Virus record (IMG/VR): IMGVR_UViG_3300038530_002024
Location: 1-34,750 of that record
Strand: one strand, 5' to 3'
Source: a virus
Lineage: Duplodnaviria > Caudoviricetes
DNA length: 34,750 bases
This document shows, in pieces, positions 26,133 through 34,297 of this stretch. The notes beneath the pieces are model-generated. The model was not told where the DNA came from. It saw nothing but the letters and a program-made list of their open reading frames with translations, and did not search any database. A program made the position numbers and the translations under genes. How positions within the stretch are numbered: the stretch's first letter is position 1; every line of letters begins with the position of its first letter.

Positions 26133-27962
26133 TTATCCCCATATTAGTGACCCAGAACTATTATAAATTTTTAGAACTCTATTTGAGCTATCTTGTAAAG
26201 ATCCAATCACTGCATTTGCTGATACAGTTACATCGTTAAATGTAACGTCATCTGTAGTTCCAACTGCTTGACCAATATGCAAACCAGTTGAGTTAGATGT
26301 GACACCAGTACCACCTACTGCAGTAATAGTTCTAGTAGCAGCAATAGTACCACCACCAGTTAAACCATTACCAGCTGTAATACTGATACCAGTATGATCT
26401 AAAAATTTATTAGCACTGTAATTCTCTAATCCAGTTATATCTACTTCGGATTCATTTACGAATACACCTGTTGAGTTAGCAATAATACCTGTATTAGCTT
26501 TTACTGCAACTGCCGGTTCCCAGCCTTCTGCTGCTGAACCTGATACTGTAATACCTACTCCAGCAGTTACGTTATCTACGTAATTACCAGAAGTATCTGT
26601 ACCTAAGGCTATATCGTTTTCTTTAGTATGGAATACATACTCGGTTCCACCAGCTAGTTTATGAATCCATCTATCTTGTGACTCATCCCATAGGAATTGA
26701 GCATTAGCTGCTGTACCTCTTTCTACTTCTAAACCTGCATCAACTGAAGGTGTACCTGATTGATCTTTTGCTAAAGTTATAATAGCATCTGTTACTGCTA
26801 ACGTTGCAGTAGAAACAGTAGTTTGAGTACCTGATACTGTTAAGTTACCAGATATAATTACATCACTAAATGTAACATCATCAGTAGTTCCAACTGCCTG
26901 TCCAATATGGACACCTGTTGAATTAACTGATACACCAGTACCACCAGTAACTTTTACATTAGTACTATTTCCAGATAAACCGTCTCCGACACCAACGTGT
27001 AGACCTGTAGAGTTAGCTATAAGAGAAGTATTAGCTACTAATCCTATTGCATCAGCTGCTACTGATAACCCATTAGCTACACCTACTGCTAAGGTTCTAG
27101 AGGCAGCAATAGTACCGCCTCCTGTTAAACCATCACCAGCTACTATAGATACACCTGAGTGATCTATATGTTCATTAGCTACAAACCCTGATAGATTATC
27201 ATGAACTATTTCTGAGTCATTTGTAAAGACTCCATCTGAAGATACAGTAATACCTGTATTACCTAATACTGTTAAAGTTCTAGTAGCTGCTATTGTACCA
27301 CCACCGGTTAATCCATTTCCGGCAGTTATTGATACGCCTGTATGATCTACAAATTTATTTGCATCGTAATTATCTAATGCAGTTATATCAATAGCACCTG
27401 AGTTGACTGATACCGCAGTACTATTTACTGCTATTGCATCTCCAGCTCCGACAGCTAGTGTTCTAGTTGCTGCTATTGTTCCACCGCCAGTTAATCCGTT
27501 ACCGGCAGTAATTGAAATTGTTGAGTGGTCTAAATGATCATTAGCATCATAGTCACTTAATGCTGATAAACTTAAAGTAGCATTATTGACTGCTAGACCT
27601 GTTGAATTTTTTACTAAGGTACTATTAGCTGTTTCAATATGAATACCTGTTGAGTTGGTAGTAAACTCAGTACCAAAGACTATAGTTTGAGCAAAAGTTG
27701 AGCTTCCAGCTGCTAATACGTAAGTTGTATTAGCTGGAGTATATACAAAGCTATCAACTCCATTTATAGAAGCAGATTGAAGGTTAGTAACTAAACCTTT
27801 AGCATCTACTGTTACAACTGGTACGACTGTTGTATTACCTTTTGTTCCTGCTGTTACACCTGATGCTGGTAAAGCAGACGAGTTAATAACTCCACTATCA
27901 TTGGCAATTGCAACACCGCCTACTTCAAGGCCGTTTTTTACTCTAAAATTTTGATTCGCCAT
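26133..27962 (-). CDS. Repeat-containing fibre / virion structural protein
   Basis: Gly/Thr/Ala/Ser-rich; N-terminal NFRVKNGLEV; internal repeats; DAGLEVERG..NAQFLWDES module; immediately upstream of gp13. Confidence 0.75.
   Translation of the reverse strand: MANQNFRVKNGLEVGGVAIANDSGVINSSALPASGVTAGTKGNTTVVPVVTVDAKGLVTNLQSASINGVDSFVYTPANTTYVLAAGSSTFAQTIVFGTEFTTNSTGIHIETANSTLVKNSTGLAVNNATLSLSALSDYDANDHLDHSTISITAGNGLTGGGTIAATRTLAVGAGDAIAVNSTAVSVNSGAIDITALDNYDANKFVDHTGVSITAGNGLTGGGTIAATRTLTVLGNTGITVSSDGVFTNDSEIVHDNLSGFVANEHIDHSGVSIVAGDGLTGGGTIAASRTLAVGVANGLSVAADAIGLVANTSLIANSTGLHVGVGDGLSGNSTNVKVTGGTGVSVNSTGVHIGQAVGTTDDVTFSDVIISGNLTVSGTQTTVSTATLAVTDAIITLAKDQSGTPSVDAGLEVERGTAANAQFLWDESQDRWIHKLAGGTEYVFHTKENDIALGTDTSGNYVDNVTAGVGITVSGSAAEGWEPAVAVKANTGIIANSTGVFVNESEVDITGLENYSANKFLDHTGISITAGNGLTGGGTIAATRTITAVGGTGVTSNSTGLHIGQAVGTTDDVTFNDVTVSANAVIGSLQDSSNRVLKIYNSSGSLIWG
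26220..27550 (-). repeat. Intragenic repeats in the 609-aa fibre gene
   Basis: Four copies of DH(S/T)xxSIxAG(N/D)GLTGGGTIAA(T/S)RT near 27480, 27300, 27115 and 26350; two copies of NSTG(V/L)HIGQAVGTTDDVTF near 26900 and 26260; synonymous sites have diverged. Confidence 0.85.
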
Positions 27963-27980
27963 ATATATTCCCTATAATAC

Positions 27981-27988
27981 TATTTATG
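27981..27988 (-). promoter_or_regulatory. Late-promoter-like element
   Basis: CATAAATA upstream of the 609-aa gene. Confidence 0.5.
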
Positions 27989-28394
27989 TATTCACGAACT
28001 CTACCGAGAACTCTATATCTAAATTAGTGACTGCTGGAGTCACTTGAACTACAACATTATCGCCAGATATAGTTGCATCTAATGAATAAAGTGAACTACC
28101 TGATAATAATCCTCCATATTCCGTAACATATACTGTTGATCCATCATGACCTATTAAAAATAATGATGAATGAAAATCTGTACTCTTATGAGCAGCAACA
28201 TGATATAAAGCTGACTTATAAGTAGCTTTAGCAAATGAATCTAATGTTTGTGAGCTAGTAGTTGTAGTAGTTTTACTCTTTCTTGTTTTACCTTCAGTAT
28301 TAATAGACTTTGAAGTGGTTAATTTATCAGTGGATGAATCATAGGTAAGATGTCTTATTAGTTCACCTATACTAAAAGCTCTTGTTGTTGCCAT
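27984..28394 (-). CDS. Virion structural protein (paralogous to the C-terminal domain of 28406..29302)
   Basis: LDSFAKATYKSALYHV...HDGSTVYVTEYGG aligns with LDTFAINTYRSAKYLV...HNGSASYITEYGG. Confidence 0.7.
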   Translation of the reverse strand: MATTRAFSIGELIRHLTYDSSTDKLTTSKSINTEGKTRKSKTTTTTSSQTLDSFAKATYKSALYHVAAHKSTDFHSSLFLIGHDGSTVYVTEYGGLLSGSSLYSLDATISGDNVVVQVTPAVTNLDIEFSVEFVNT

Positions 28395-28405
28395 CTCTTA
28401 TTATC

Positions 28406-29302
28406 CTATTTTGCTAATATTATCTTCTTAAATGTAAAAGTTGTACCGCTTCTTGCAGGTGTTGCTCTAAGTCTTAAATTAGTTCCGCTTATATCTGTTG
28501 ATAGAGTATATAAATTACCATTTGAATATACACCACCATATTCAGTTATATAAGATGCTGACCCGTTATGAGTTACAACAGCTTCACTAACTGCATATGA
28601 ATCAGAGGTATTTGCCTGTACTAGATATTTAGCCGAACGATATGTATTTATAGCAAAGGTATCAAGAGTAATAAGGTTTGTATCTGATGATGCTATGTCT
28701 GCAGGTTCAACTAAATCTATAGGATCATTTACACCTGTTACTTGAGTCTTTTTAACTACTACAACATCACTTGCTACTGCGTTAGCTTGTAAAGTGATTA
28801 CAGTTGAATTAGTTGAAACATAGTCACTAGTTTTTACTAATTTTACACCATTTAAAAATACATCTTCAGTACCATCAGTATATGATAACACAGCGCTATT
28901 ATCATCTGCGCCTGTTATAACTGTTGTATTTGAAGATATGGAATAGACGTATTGAGTAATACTTATAGCAGCAGCTTCTAATGTAACAGATGAAAACTCT
29001 AAATCACCTGATGTGGCATTAGCACTTAATACTTGACCTTGAGATCCTAGTTGCGCAGGAAAAGTATAACCATTAACGGCTAGACCTTCTACAACTGCGT
29101 GACCAGTTGAATTTATAGTAGCGTTTGCACTGCCAACTGATAAAGATGTAACATTAGCCCCGATCTCAAATATGACCGAACCATTAGAACCGTATAATAT
29201 ACCATCAGGTAAGTTAAGGGCTAATTCACCGGTTGTTATATGAGAAGTATTTGGAGCTTGACCTGATACAGCTGAACGCTTTACAAGATATTTTGCTGCC
29301 AT
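28406..29302 (-). CDS. Fibre / virion structural protein
   Basis: N-terminal KRS...P.....GELALN..DG.LY module, GSQGQVLS, VFLNGVKL...DY, C-terminal SAKY domain. Confidence 0.75.
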   Translation of the reverse strand: MAAKYLVKRSAVSGQAPNTSHITTGELALNLPDGILYGSNGSVIFEIGANVTSLSVGSANATINSTGHAVVEGLAVNGYTFPAQLGSQGQVLSANATSGDLEFSSVTLEAAAISITQYVYSISSNTTVITGADDNSAVLSYTDGTEDVFLNGVKLVKTSDYVSTNSTVITLQANAVASDVVVVKKTQVTGVNDPIDLVEPADIASSDTNLITLDTFAINTYRSAKYLVQANTSDSYAVSEAVVTHNGSASYITEYGGVYSNGNLYTLSTDISGTNLRLRATPARSGTTFTFKKIILAK

Positions 29303-29323
29303 TCCTATTCCTTATATAAGGTG

Positions 29324-29548
29324 CTAGGCTTTTTTCTTCCTAACTTTTACTTCTTCTGTATTTACAGAAGCTAATTTTTCATTTAATTCTATATTTGCTC
29401 TTTTAAGTTCATCAACTTGTTGAGCAAACGATTCAATTTTTTGATTAGCAATCTGAAGCTGAGTCTTTAAATTTATTCTATCTAAAGTAATTGTCTGTAA
29501 CTCAGCATTCAAATTATTAATCAAAGTTCTAACATAATTTTCATCCAT
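29324..29548 (-). CDS. Small coiled-coil protein (possible fibre assembly chaperone)
   Basis: Heptad Leu/Ile pattern over about 55 aa with a basic tail; lies within the fibre cluster. Confidence 0.65.
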   Translation of the reverse strand: MDENYVRTLINNLNAELQTITLDRINLKTQLQIANQKIESFAQQVDELKRANIELNEKLASVNTEEVKVRKKKA

Positions 29549-29568
29549 AATGTACCTTAATTAATTAT

Positions 29569-31416
29569 TTAATACGTACCACCATCAATAATAGCTTCTA
29601 AATAAGCTAAATTTGATGCAGTATATGAAACTGTAGTAGTAGGTTCAGAAGTTATTCCTTCTACTAATACAAATTTCTTATTGGAATCAGAAGTATCTCT
29701 GAATAGACCAGAATATTTATCCGTGCCTCCAGCATCGAATACTCCATAGAATCCTATATCAACGGCATCAGTATCTGTGCCTGTTTGATCTTTAGCAAGT
29801 TTCAACAATGAATCTGTTAAAGCTACTGTTGTTGAACTTACAATTGTTTGTGTGCCTGAAACTGTTAAGTTACCAGAAACTGTTAGATCTCCTCCAACAG
29901 TGGCATCATCTGACATTATAGTATTACCAGTTAAGGTAGATAACCCAGCAACTTCTAAGTTACCATTTAAGTCAGAAGTACCTGCAACTGTTAAAGTACC
30001 ATCTGTATTAATATTACCAGCTTGAGTAATAACTGCATTAACAGTAGAGTTACCTATAGTAACAGTACCACCAGTTACATTTAATCCGTCTGCAATACCA
30101 ACTGTATCGCTGAATAATGCATTACCTGATACATTAGCTAGACCTGTAATATCTAAACCAGCACCACCGGTTATTAAACCACCTGCTTGAATAGTAGTAG
30201 TAGCATTTACAAAACCTGTTGCTGTAACATTACCTGATGCTAATGTAGTACCTATTACTGCAGCACCTGTAATAGCAGCTGAAGCAGCATTTACTTCACC
30301 AACTATATCTACATCGCCGCCTGCTGAAATATGGCCATCAGCAGTTACATTACCGCCTGTAGTCATAAAGACATTAACAGTACTATTACCTACAGATACA
30401 CCATGACCGCCTGTTACTGTAATTCCATCAGCTACTGTTAAACTATCACTTGCTGTTACATTACCAGTTAAAGTTGATAGACCAGCTACAGTTAAGTTAC
30501 TATCTAAATCTAAAGCGCCTGCTGTTGAAAGTACTGCGTTTACTGTTGAGTTACCAACTGTAAGACTACCTTCTGAAATTATTGGGTCAGTTGATACGAA
30601 ATGAGATGCATTAGAGTATACATTGTCAGGTTGTATATAAGCGCTTCCACCCATACCACTGTGGTTAGAGCAGAAATAATATACATGGTTAGGCGCGTCT
30701 TGTTGTAGTTTTATTCTTGTATATGAACCTGCGTTACCTGGTGTACCTTCTTTCTCATAAATTTCAAAACCACTTGCAGTTCCTTGTGATACTTCTGAGC
30801 CGTTAGCTGCTGTACCGAATACAAAAGGATGGTTTGAATTAGTATTATCTGATTGATCAAACCAGTATATCATTCCTGGTACTAATCTTAATGCTTGTTG
30901 TGATGTTCCATCAATAACAAATTTACCGCCGGCAACTGTTACTGTATGCTGTGAACCTTTATTCTCTACTAAAACTGCTGTAGTAGAAGTATTTGAAACT
31001 ACTAAGCCATTATTACCACTTAAAGTAACTGTATCAGTATCAGCATCTCCACCAAGTACTATAGTACCAGTAGCTGCTGTACCACCAGCACTTAAATCGT
31101 AATCTGTACCTGCTGCAGCATTAAATGTCATCTGGGTTGAGTTACCAGATATAGTAATACCACCAGTTCCTGCGAACGTTACGGAGTCGTTACTTAGGCT
31201 ATCGTTATCTACATTTAGTGTAACTGTACCTTGTGTAGAGTTACCACCTTGAGCTAAGTTATATTGATCTCCGGATAATGTAAATGCGTAACCTGTTGAA
31301 TTAGCAGAATATAATTTCTTTGCTGATATATCAATCGCTAACTCACCTTCGGCAAGTGCATTGTTAGCTGGGAGGCCTGTACCTCTCCTTAATTGAATTA
31401 GCGCTTGTCTAGGCAT
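29569..31416 (-). CDS. Fibre / virion structural protein with a cupredoxin-like insert
   Basis: N-terminal IQLRRG...LAEGELAID; HPF...YYFCSNHSGMGG; three GNSTVN repeats; ends IIDGGTY; RBS GAGGAG. Confidence 0.75.
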   Translation of the reverse strand: MPRQALIQLRRGTGLPANNALAEGELAIDISAKKLYSANSTGYAFTLSGDQYNLAQGGNSTQGTVTLNVDNDSLSNDSVTFAGTGGITISGNSTQMTFNAAAGTDYDLSAGGTAATGTIVLGGDADTDTVTLSGNNGLVVSNTSTTAVLVENKGSQHTVTVAGGKFVIDGTSQQALRLVPGMIYWFDQSDNTNSNHPFVFGTAANGSEVSQGTASGFEIYEKEGTPGNAGSYTRIKLQQDAPNHVYYFCSNHSGMGGSAYIQPDNVYSNASHFVSTDPIISEGSLTVGNSTVNAVLSTAGALDLDSNLTVAGLSTLTGNVTASDSLTVADGITVTGGHGVSVGNSTVNVFMTTGGNVTADGHISAGGDVDIVGEVNAASAAITGAAVIGTTLASGNVTATGFVNATTTIQAGGLITGGAGLDITGLANVSGNALFSDTVGIADGLNVTGGTVTIGNSTVNAVITQAGNINTDGTLTVAGTSDLNGNLEVAGLSTLTGNTIMSDDATVGGDLTVSGNLTVSGTQTIVSSTTVALTDSLLKLAKDQTGTDTDAVDIGFYGVFDAGGTDKYSGLFRDTSDSNKKFVLVEGITSEPTTTVSYTASNLAYLEAIIDGGTY

Positions 31417-31462
31417 TATTTTCTCCTCTAAACCTTATATTTTATGTATCTATTTATTAAAA

Positions 31463-31792
31463 CTAATATGTCCCACCGTCAATTGAACTTGCAACAACGT
31501 TAGTAATATTAACATCAAAATTAGATGCATCAGATCTAGTGAATCGTATAGTGGCATTTGCTGGTGTCCAGACTGCTGTATTAGTAGAAGTATTAGCTAT
31601 TCCTTCTACTGTAACCTCTGCAGGGACGAATGTGTTGCTAGATGCAAGGTAGGTAAGTACATCTCCATTAGAAGCTGTACTATAATCTATTGTAACACCA
31701 GTTATGTCATTAATAGTTTGCGGAGCATTTTTAATAACTTTAGTTACTATTGGTGATGATGTTGATACAACTGTAGTTAATGTATTAGCCAT
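31463..31792 (-). CDS. Small virion/fibre adaptor protein
   Basis: NGDVLTY.....F.P motif; ends IDGGTY like the downstream gene. Confidence 0.65.
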   Translation of the reverse strand: MANTLTTVVSTSSPIVTKVIKNAPQTINDITGVTIDYSTASNGDVLTYLASSNTFVPAEVTVEGIANTSTNTAVWTPANATIRFTRSDASNFDVNITNVVASSIDGGTY

Positions 31793-32124
31793 TAGTAAGT
31801 AATTCCTGGAGTTACTGTGAATACACCTTGAAGTACTCTTGTGACGTTAGTACCGCTAGTTACCTCTACATCATAGCTCCATCTACCAGGAGATATATTT
31901 CCAGTTATAGCAGCATTAGCAGATAAAACAACAACGCCATTAGTTACATCTGAAGATGTATTACAAGTTAAAGAATGAGCAACGTTAGATGACCAATGTT
32001 TACGTAATTTACAAGCACCAGAATACCCGCTTAGATTAAAAGCTGAACCGTCTGTGTTAGTAACATTTAAAGAAACAGTGAAATCACTGCCTTGGTCTAT
32101 AACTAGATTTGATTTAGTTGCCAT
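31792..32124 (-). CDS. Ig-like virion adaptor protein (BppU N-terminal-like)
   Basis: LVIDQGSDF...L, NLSGY......R, T..I.PGR..YDVEV, TRVLQG...V.PG.T pattern. Confidence 0.65.
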   Translation of the reverse strand: MATKSNLVIDQGSDFTVSLNVTNTDGSAFNLSGYSGACKLRKHWSSNVAHSLTCNTSSDVTNGVVVLSANAAITGNISPGRWSYDVEVTSGTNVTRVLQGVFTVTPGITY

Positions 32125-32136
32125 ACTTTACCTCGT

Positions 32137-32157
32137 TATTTATATGAGATATTTAGG
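32137..32157 (-). promoter_or_regulatory. T4-type late promoter(s) for the fibre cluster
   Basis: Exact TATAAATA at 32137-32144 and CCTAAATA at 32150-32157. Confidence 0.7.
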
Positions 32158-32167
32158 CTTCTTAAAT

Positions 32168-33025
32168 TTAATGACCTTCTATTTCATCCATAAGGTCTTC
32201 CCAAAGGAATTCATCATTTACGATAGTAGATAAAGTAAACCTGTTAGATCTTGCATGAGCTGCATGCCAACTAGCTGTTTCAGGTGTAGCTTTATCTATT
32301 GTAGTTCTATGTTTTCTGTTAAGCTCGCTTTCTTTTTTATAATCAATAACAACCTTTCCAGCATAGCTATCATATTGAAGACTATCTAAGAATCTACCAC
32401 CTCTAGCTATCCAGCCTGGTTCATCTTTATAATCAATAATTTCTCCATCATGATATGTGTAAAAAGAGCCGTCACCTTCTTTATTATAATGTAGTAAAAT
32501 ATTAAAGCCTGAAGCATTACCATTATGATGCCAAGGTATATAAGTATCAGGAGTATAAAAACCACATAAAGCCATCGCTTGACCACCTAAAAATCCAGAG
32601 CTAATATCGTAAATAGCATCTTTAAATTCAGGAATGCCTAATTCAGCTAACAACTTAGGGTCATTATAAAACATTTGTCCTGAAAAGAATGTCTCTTTAT
32701 TTGGATAACCGCAAGCTGCGTAGCTCTTATTATTTATTATCATTAAGTTTTGCATAAATCTTAAATATGCTTCACCGCAAGGATCATATTGACCTTCTTT
32801 AATATTAGATCTTGTATCATCAGGTAATTCAAACCAATGAGGAGCAACTTTTAAAGGCTCTTTTCCTTCTTTTATTCTTTCTAAAGGACTTGCATGCTTA
32901 GTTTTATCATCATACATCTTCTTTAAAAAATCTTTATTATCAAAAATTTTATCAACCATAATAGCTAATTTATCAAGCTTTTCAATAAGCTCTTTATTAA
33001 CTATTTTTAAATCTCTCATCTTCAT
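32168..33025 (-). CDS. Hypothetical protein with a probable double-stranded beta-helix (cupin/oxygenase-like) domain
   Basis: FYTPDTYIPWHHNGN...NILLHY...GSFY...WHAA....RFTLS resembles the H-x-X...H...R layout of Fe(II) oxygenases; fold is inferred. Confidence 0.55.
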   Translation of the reverse strand: MKMRDLKIVNKELIEKLDKLAIMVDKIFDNKDFLKKMYDDKTKHASPLERIKEGKEPLKVAPHWFELPDDTRSNIKEGQYDPCGEAYLRFMQNLMIINNKSYAACGYPNKETFFSGQMFYNDPKLLAELGIPEFKDAIYDISSGFLGGQAMALCGFYTPDTYIPWHHNGNASGFNILLHYNKEGDGSFYTYHDGEIIDYKDEPGWIARGGRFLDSLQYDSYAGKVVIDYKKESELNRKHRTTIDKATPETASWHAAHARSNRFTLSTIVNDEFLWEDLMDEIEGH

Positions 33026-33852
33026 TATAAATTACCTTCATCAAAAAAGTCCCAATGATGAGTACTCTTAGCTATTTTTTTACCTGCTCTTTTCATAGCT
33101 GCTCTATCTAATGGGTGATGTATTATAACTGGCTCAATACCTTGCATATCTTCTTCATTCATATACATATTCCAGTTCCATTTTGCTTGGCCATATTCTA
33201 TTTCTTGAATTTTTATATCTGGTGTATCATGTCTAAATATCCACCAAAGAGTAAATTGATCCCAAACTTGATTTTGAATATAATATTCTGGGTGATCATC
33301 CCACCATTGTTGCTTTAAGTTTATTTCTATATACCTATCCCACCATAAGTCCATAGCTTTATTTGCTTGTTCAGTATTATTCCATAGAAAAAATCCACCA
33401 TGATATCTTAAATGCCTTTCAGGATTATTATCTCTTATTTTTGCTTCACCGTCTTCTTTATAAATTGCAGTAGAAGCTCCTACTCTAGGATTAATAACTG
33501 TAAATGCTGCATCATGGTCTTCATCTAATAGTTTCCATACTTCAGTTATTTCTGGTTTAACTACTTCCATATCAGCATCTAAATAACAAGTTTTTTCAAA
33601 TGGAGTATGCTTAAGAGCCCATAACTTAGTTCTTTCAGCTATAGGCATACCATCATCTTCAGTCAGTATCTTTATGACCTGATCGTATTCTTCAAATTCA
33701 GATACCCATTCTTTATGAGTAACAACATAAATTTTACAATCAGGATAAAACTCATCTAATGAGTCAATAAGAATTAAGGCGTTATTTTTATACCAAGGAT
33801 GTAAAGTAGCTACTATTAAGAAGCCTTTTTCATATTCACGAGGTTTGATCAT
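33025..33852 (-). CDS. GT-A fold glycosyltransferase (GT8-like)
   Basis: KLWAL..TPFEKTCYLDADM (DxD), HGGFFLW, WDQFTLW, WNW, VIIHH. Confidence 0.8.
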   Translation of the reverse strand: MIKPREYEKGFLIVATLHPWYKNNALILIDSLDEFYPDCKIYVVTHKEWVSEFEEYDQVIKILTEDDGMPIAERTKLWALKHTPFEKTCYLDADMEVVKPEITEVWKLLDEDHDAAFTVINPRVGASTAIYKEDGEAKIRDNNPERHLRYHGGFFLWNNTEQANKAMDLWWDRYIEINLKQQWWDDHPEYYIQNQVWDQFTLWWIFRHDTPDIKIQEIEYGQAKWNWNMYMNEEDMQGIEPVIIHHPLDRAAMKRAGKKIAKSTHHWDFFDEGNL

Positions 33853-34255
33853 AATCTACTACCACTGCTGCAGCATAAACGTTAAGAGTTTCAAATGTTT
33901 CTGCTTTTCGTAATCTTCTTTTTAAAGATCTATTACTTGAATTTTTTATTTCAGGTAGTTCGAAGATAGTTAATTTAGCTTGAAATAACTCTTCAGCATA
34001 TCTACGCTTTTCCATTTCGGCATCTTCTGCTTCTCTTCTATCACGCTCTTCTCTAAATTTTTTTATATCTTCTTGAGTACGAGCAGTAATTACTTCTTCT
34101 GGAAATTCATCTATAACAGCTTTAAAGTTTTCAGTATCACCTCTACTTATAACAATATCTCTACTGCCATCTTCAGTTACTTCTCTAGCTCTAATTCTTT
34201 CTTTAGTTTCTAGATCTTCCCATAGGGCATTTTTAAAGCGTTTAGTTTCTGCCAT
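33836..34255 (-). CDS. Hypothetical charged protein
   Basis: 139 aa, RBS GAGGA; EELFQAKL.IFE.PEIKNS.NR.LK..LRKA C-terminal helices. Confidence 0.75.
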   Translation of the reverse strand: MAETKRFKNALWEDLETKERIRAREVTEDGSRDIVISRGDTENFKAVIDEFPEEVITARTQEDIKKFREERDRREAEDAEMEKRRYAEELFQAKLTIFELPEIKNSSNRSLKRRLRKAETFETLNVYAAAVVVDYDQTS

Positions 34256-34289
34256 AATATATCCTCACTTGTTAATTATATACTATTAT

Positions 34290-34297
34290 TATTTATC
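34290..34297 (-). promoter_or_regulatory. Late-promoter-like element
   Basis: GATAAATA overlapping the upstream stop codon, ahead of the three-gene glycosyltransferase cassette. Confidence 0.45.

Noticed and set aside
1051-33318. Short plus-strand ORFs in the track (1051, 1271, 4961, 7930, 9042, 14428, 15268, 17037, 17311, 18344, 18885, 20731, 21514, 23667, 24729, 33115)
   Set aside because: All lie antisense to well-supported genes and lack recognisable motifs; they are shadow ORFs.
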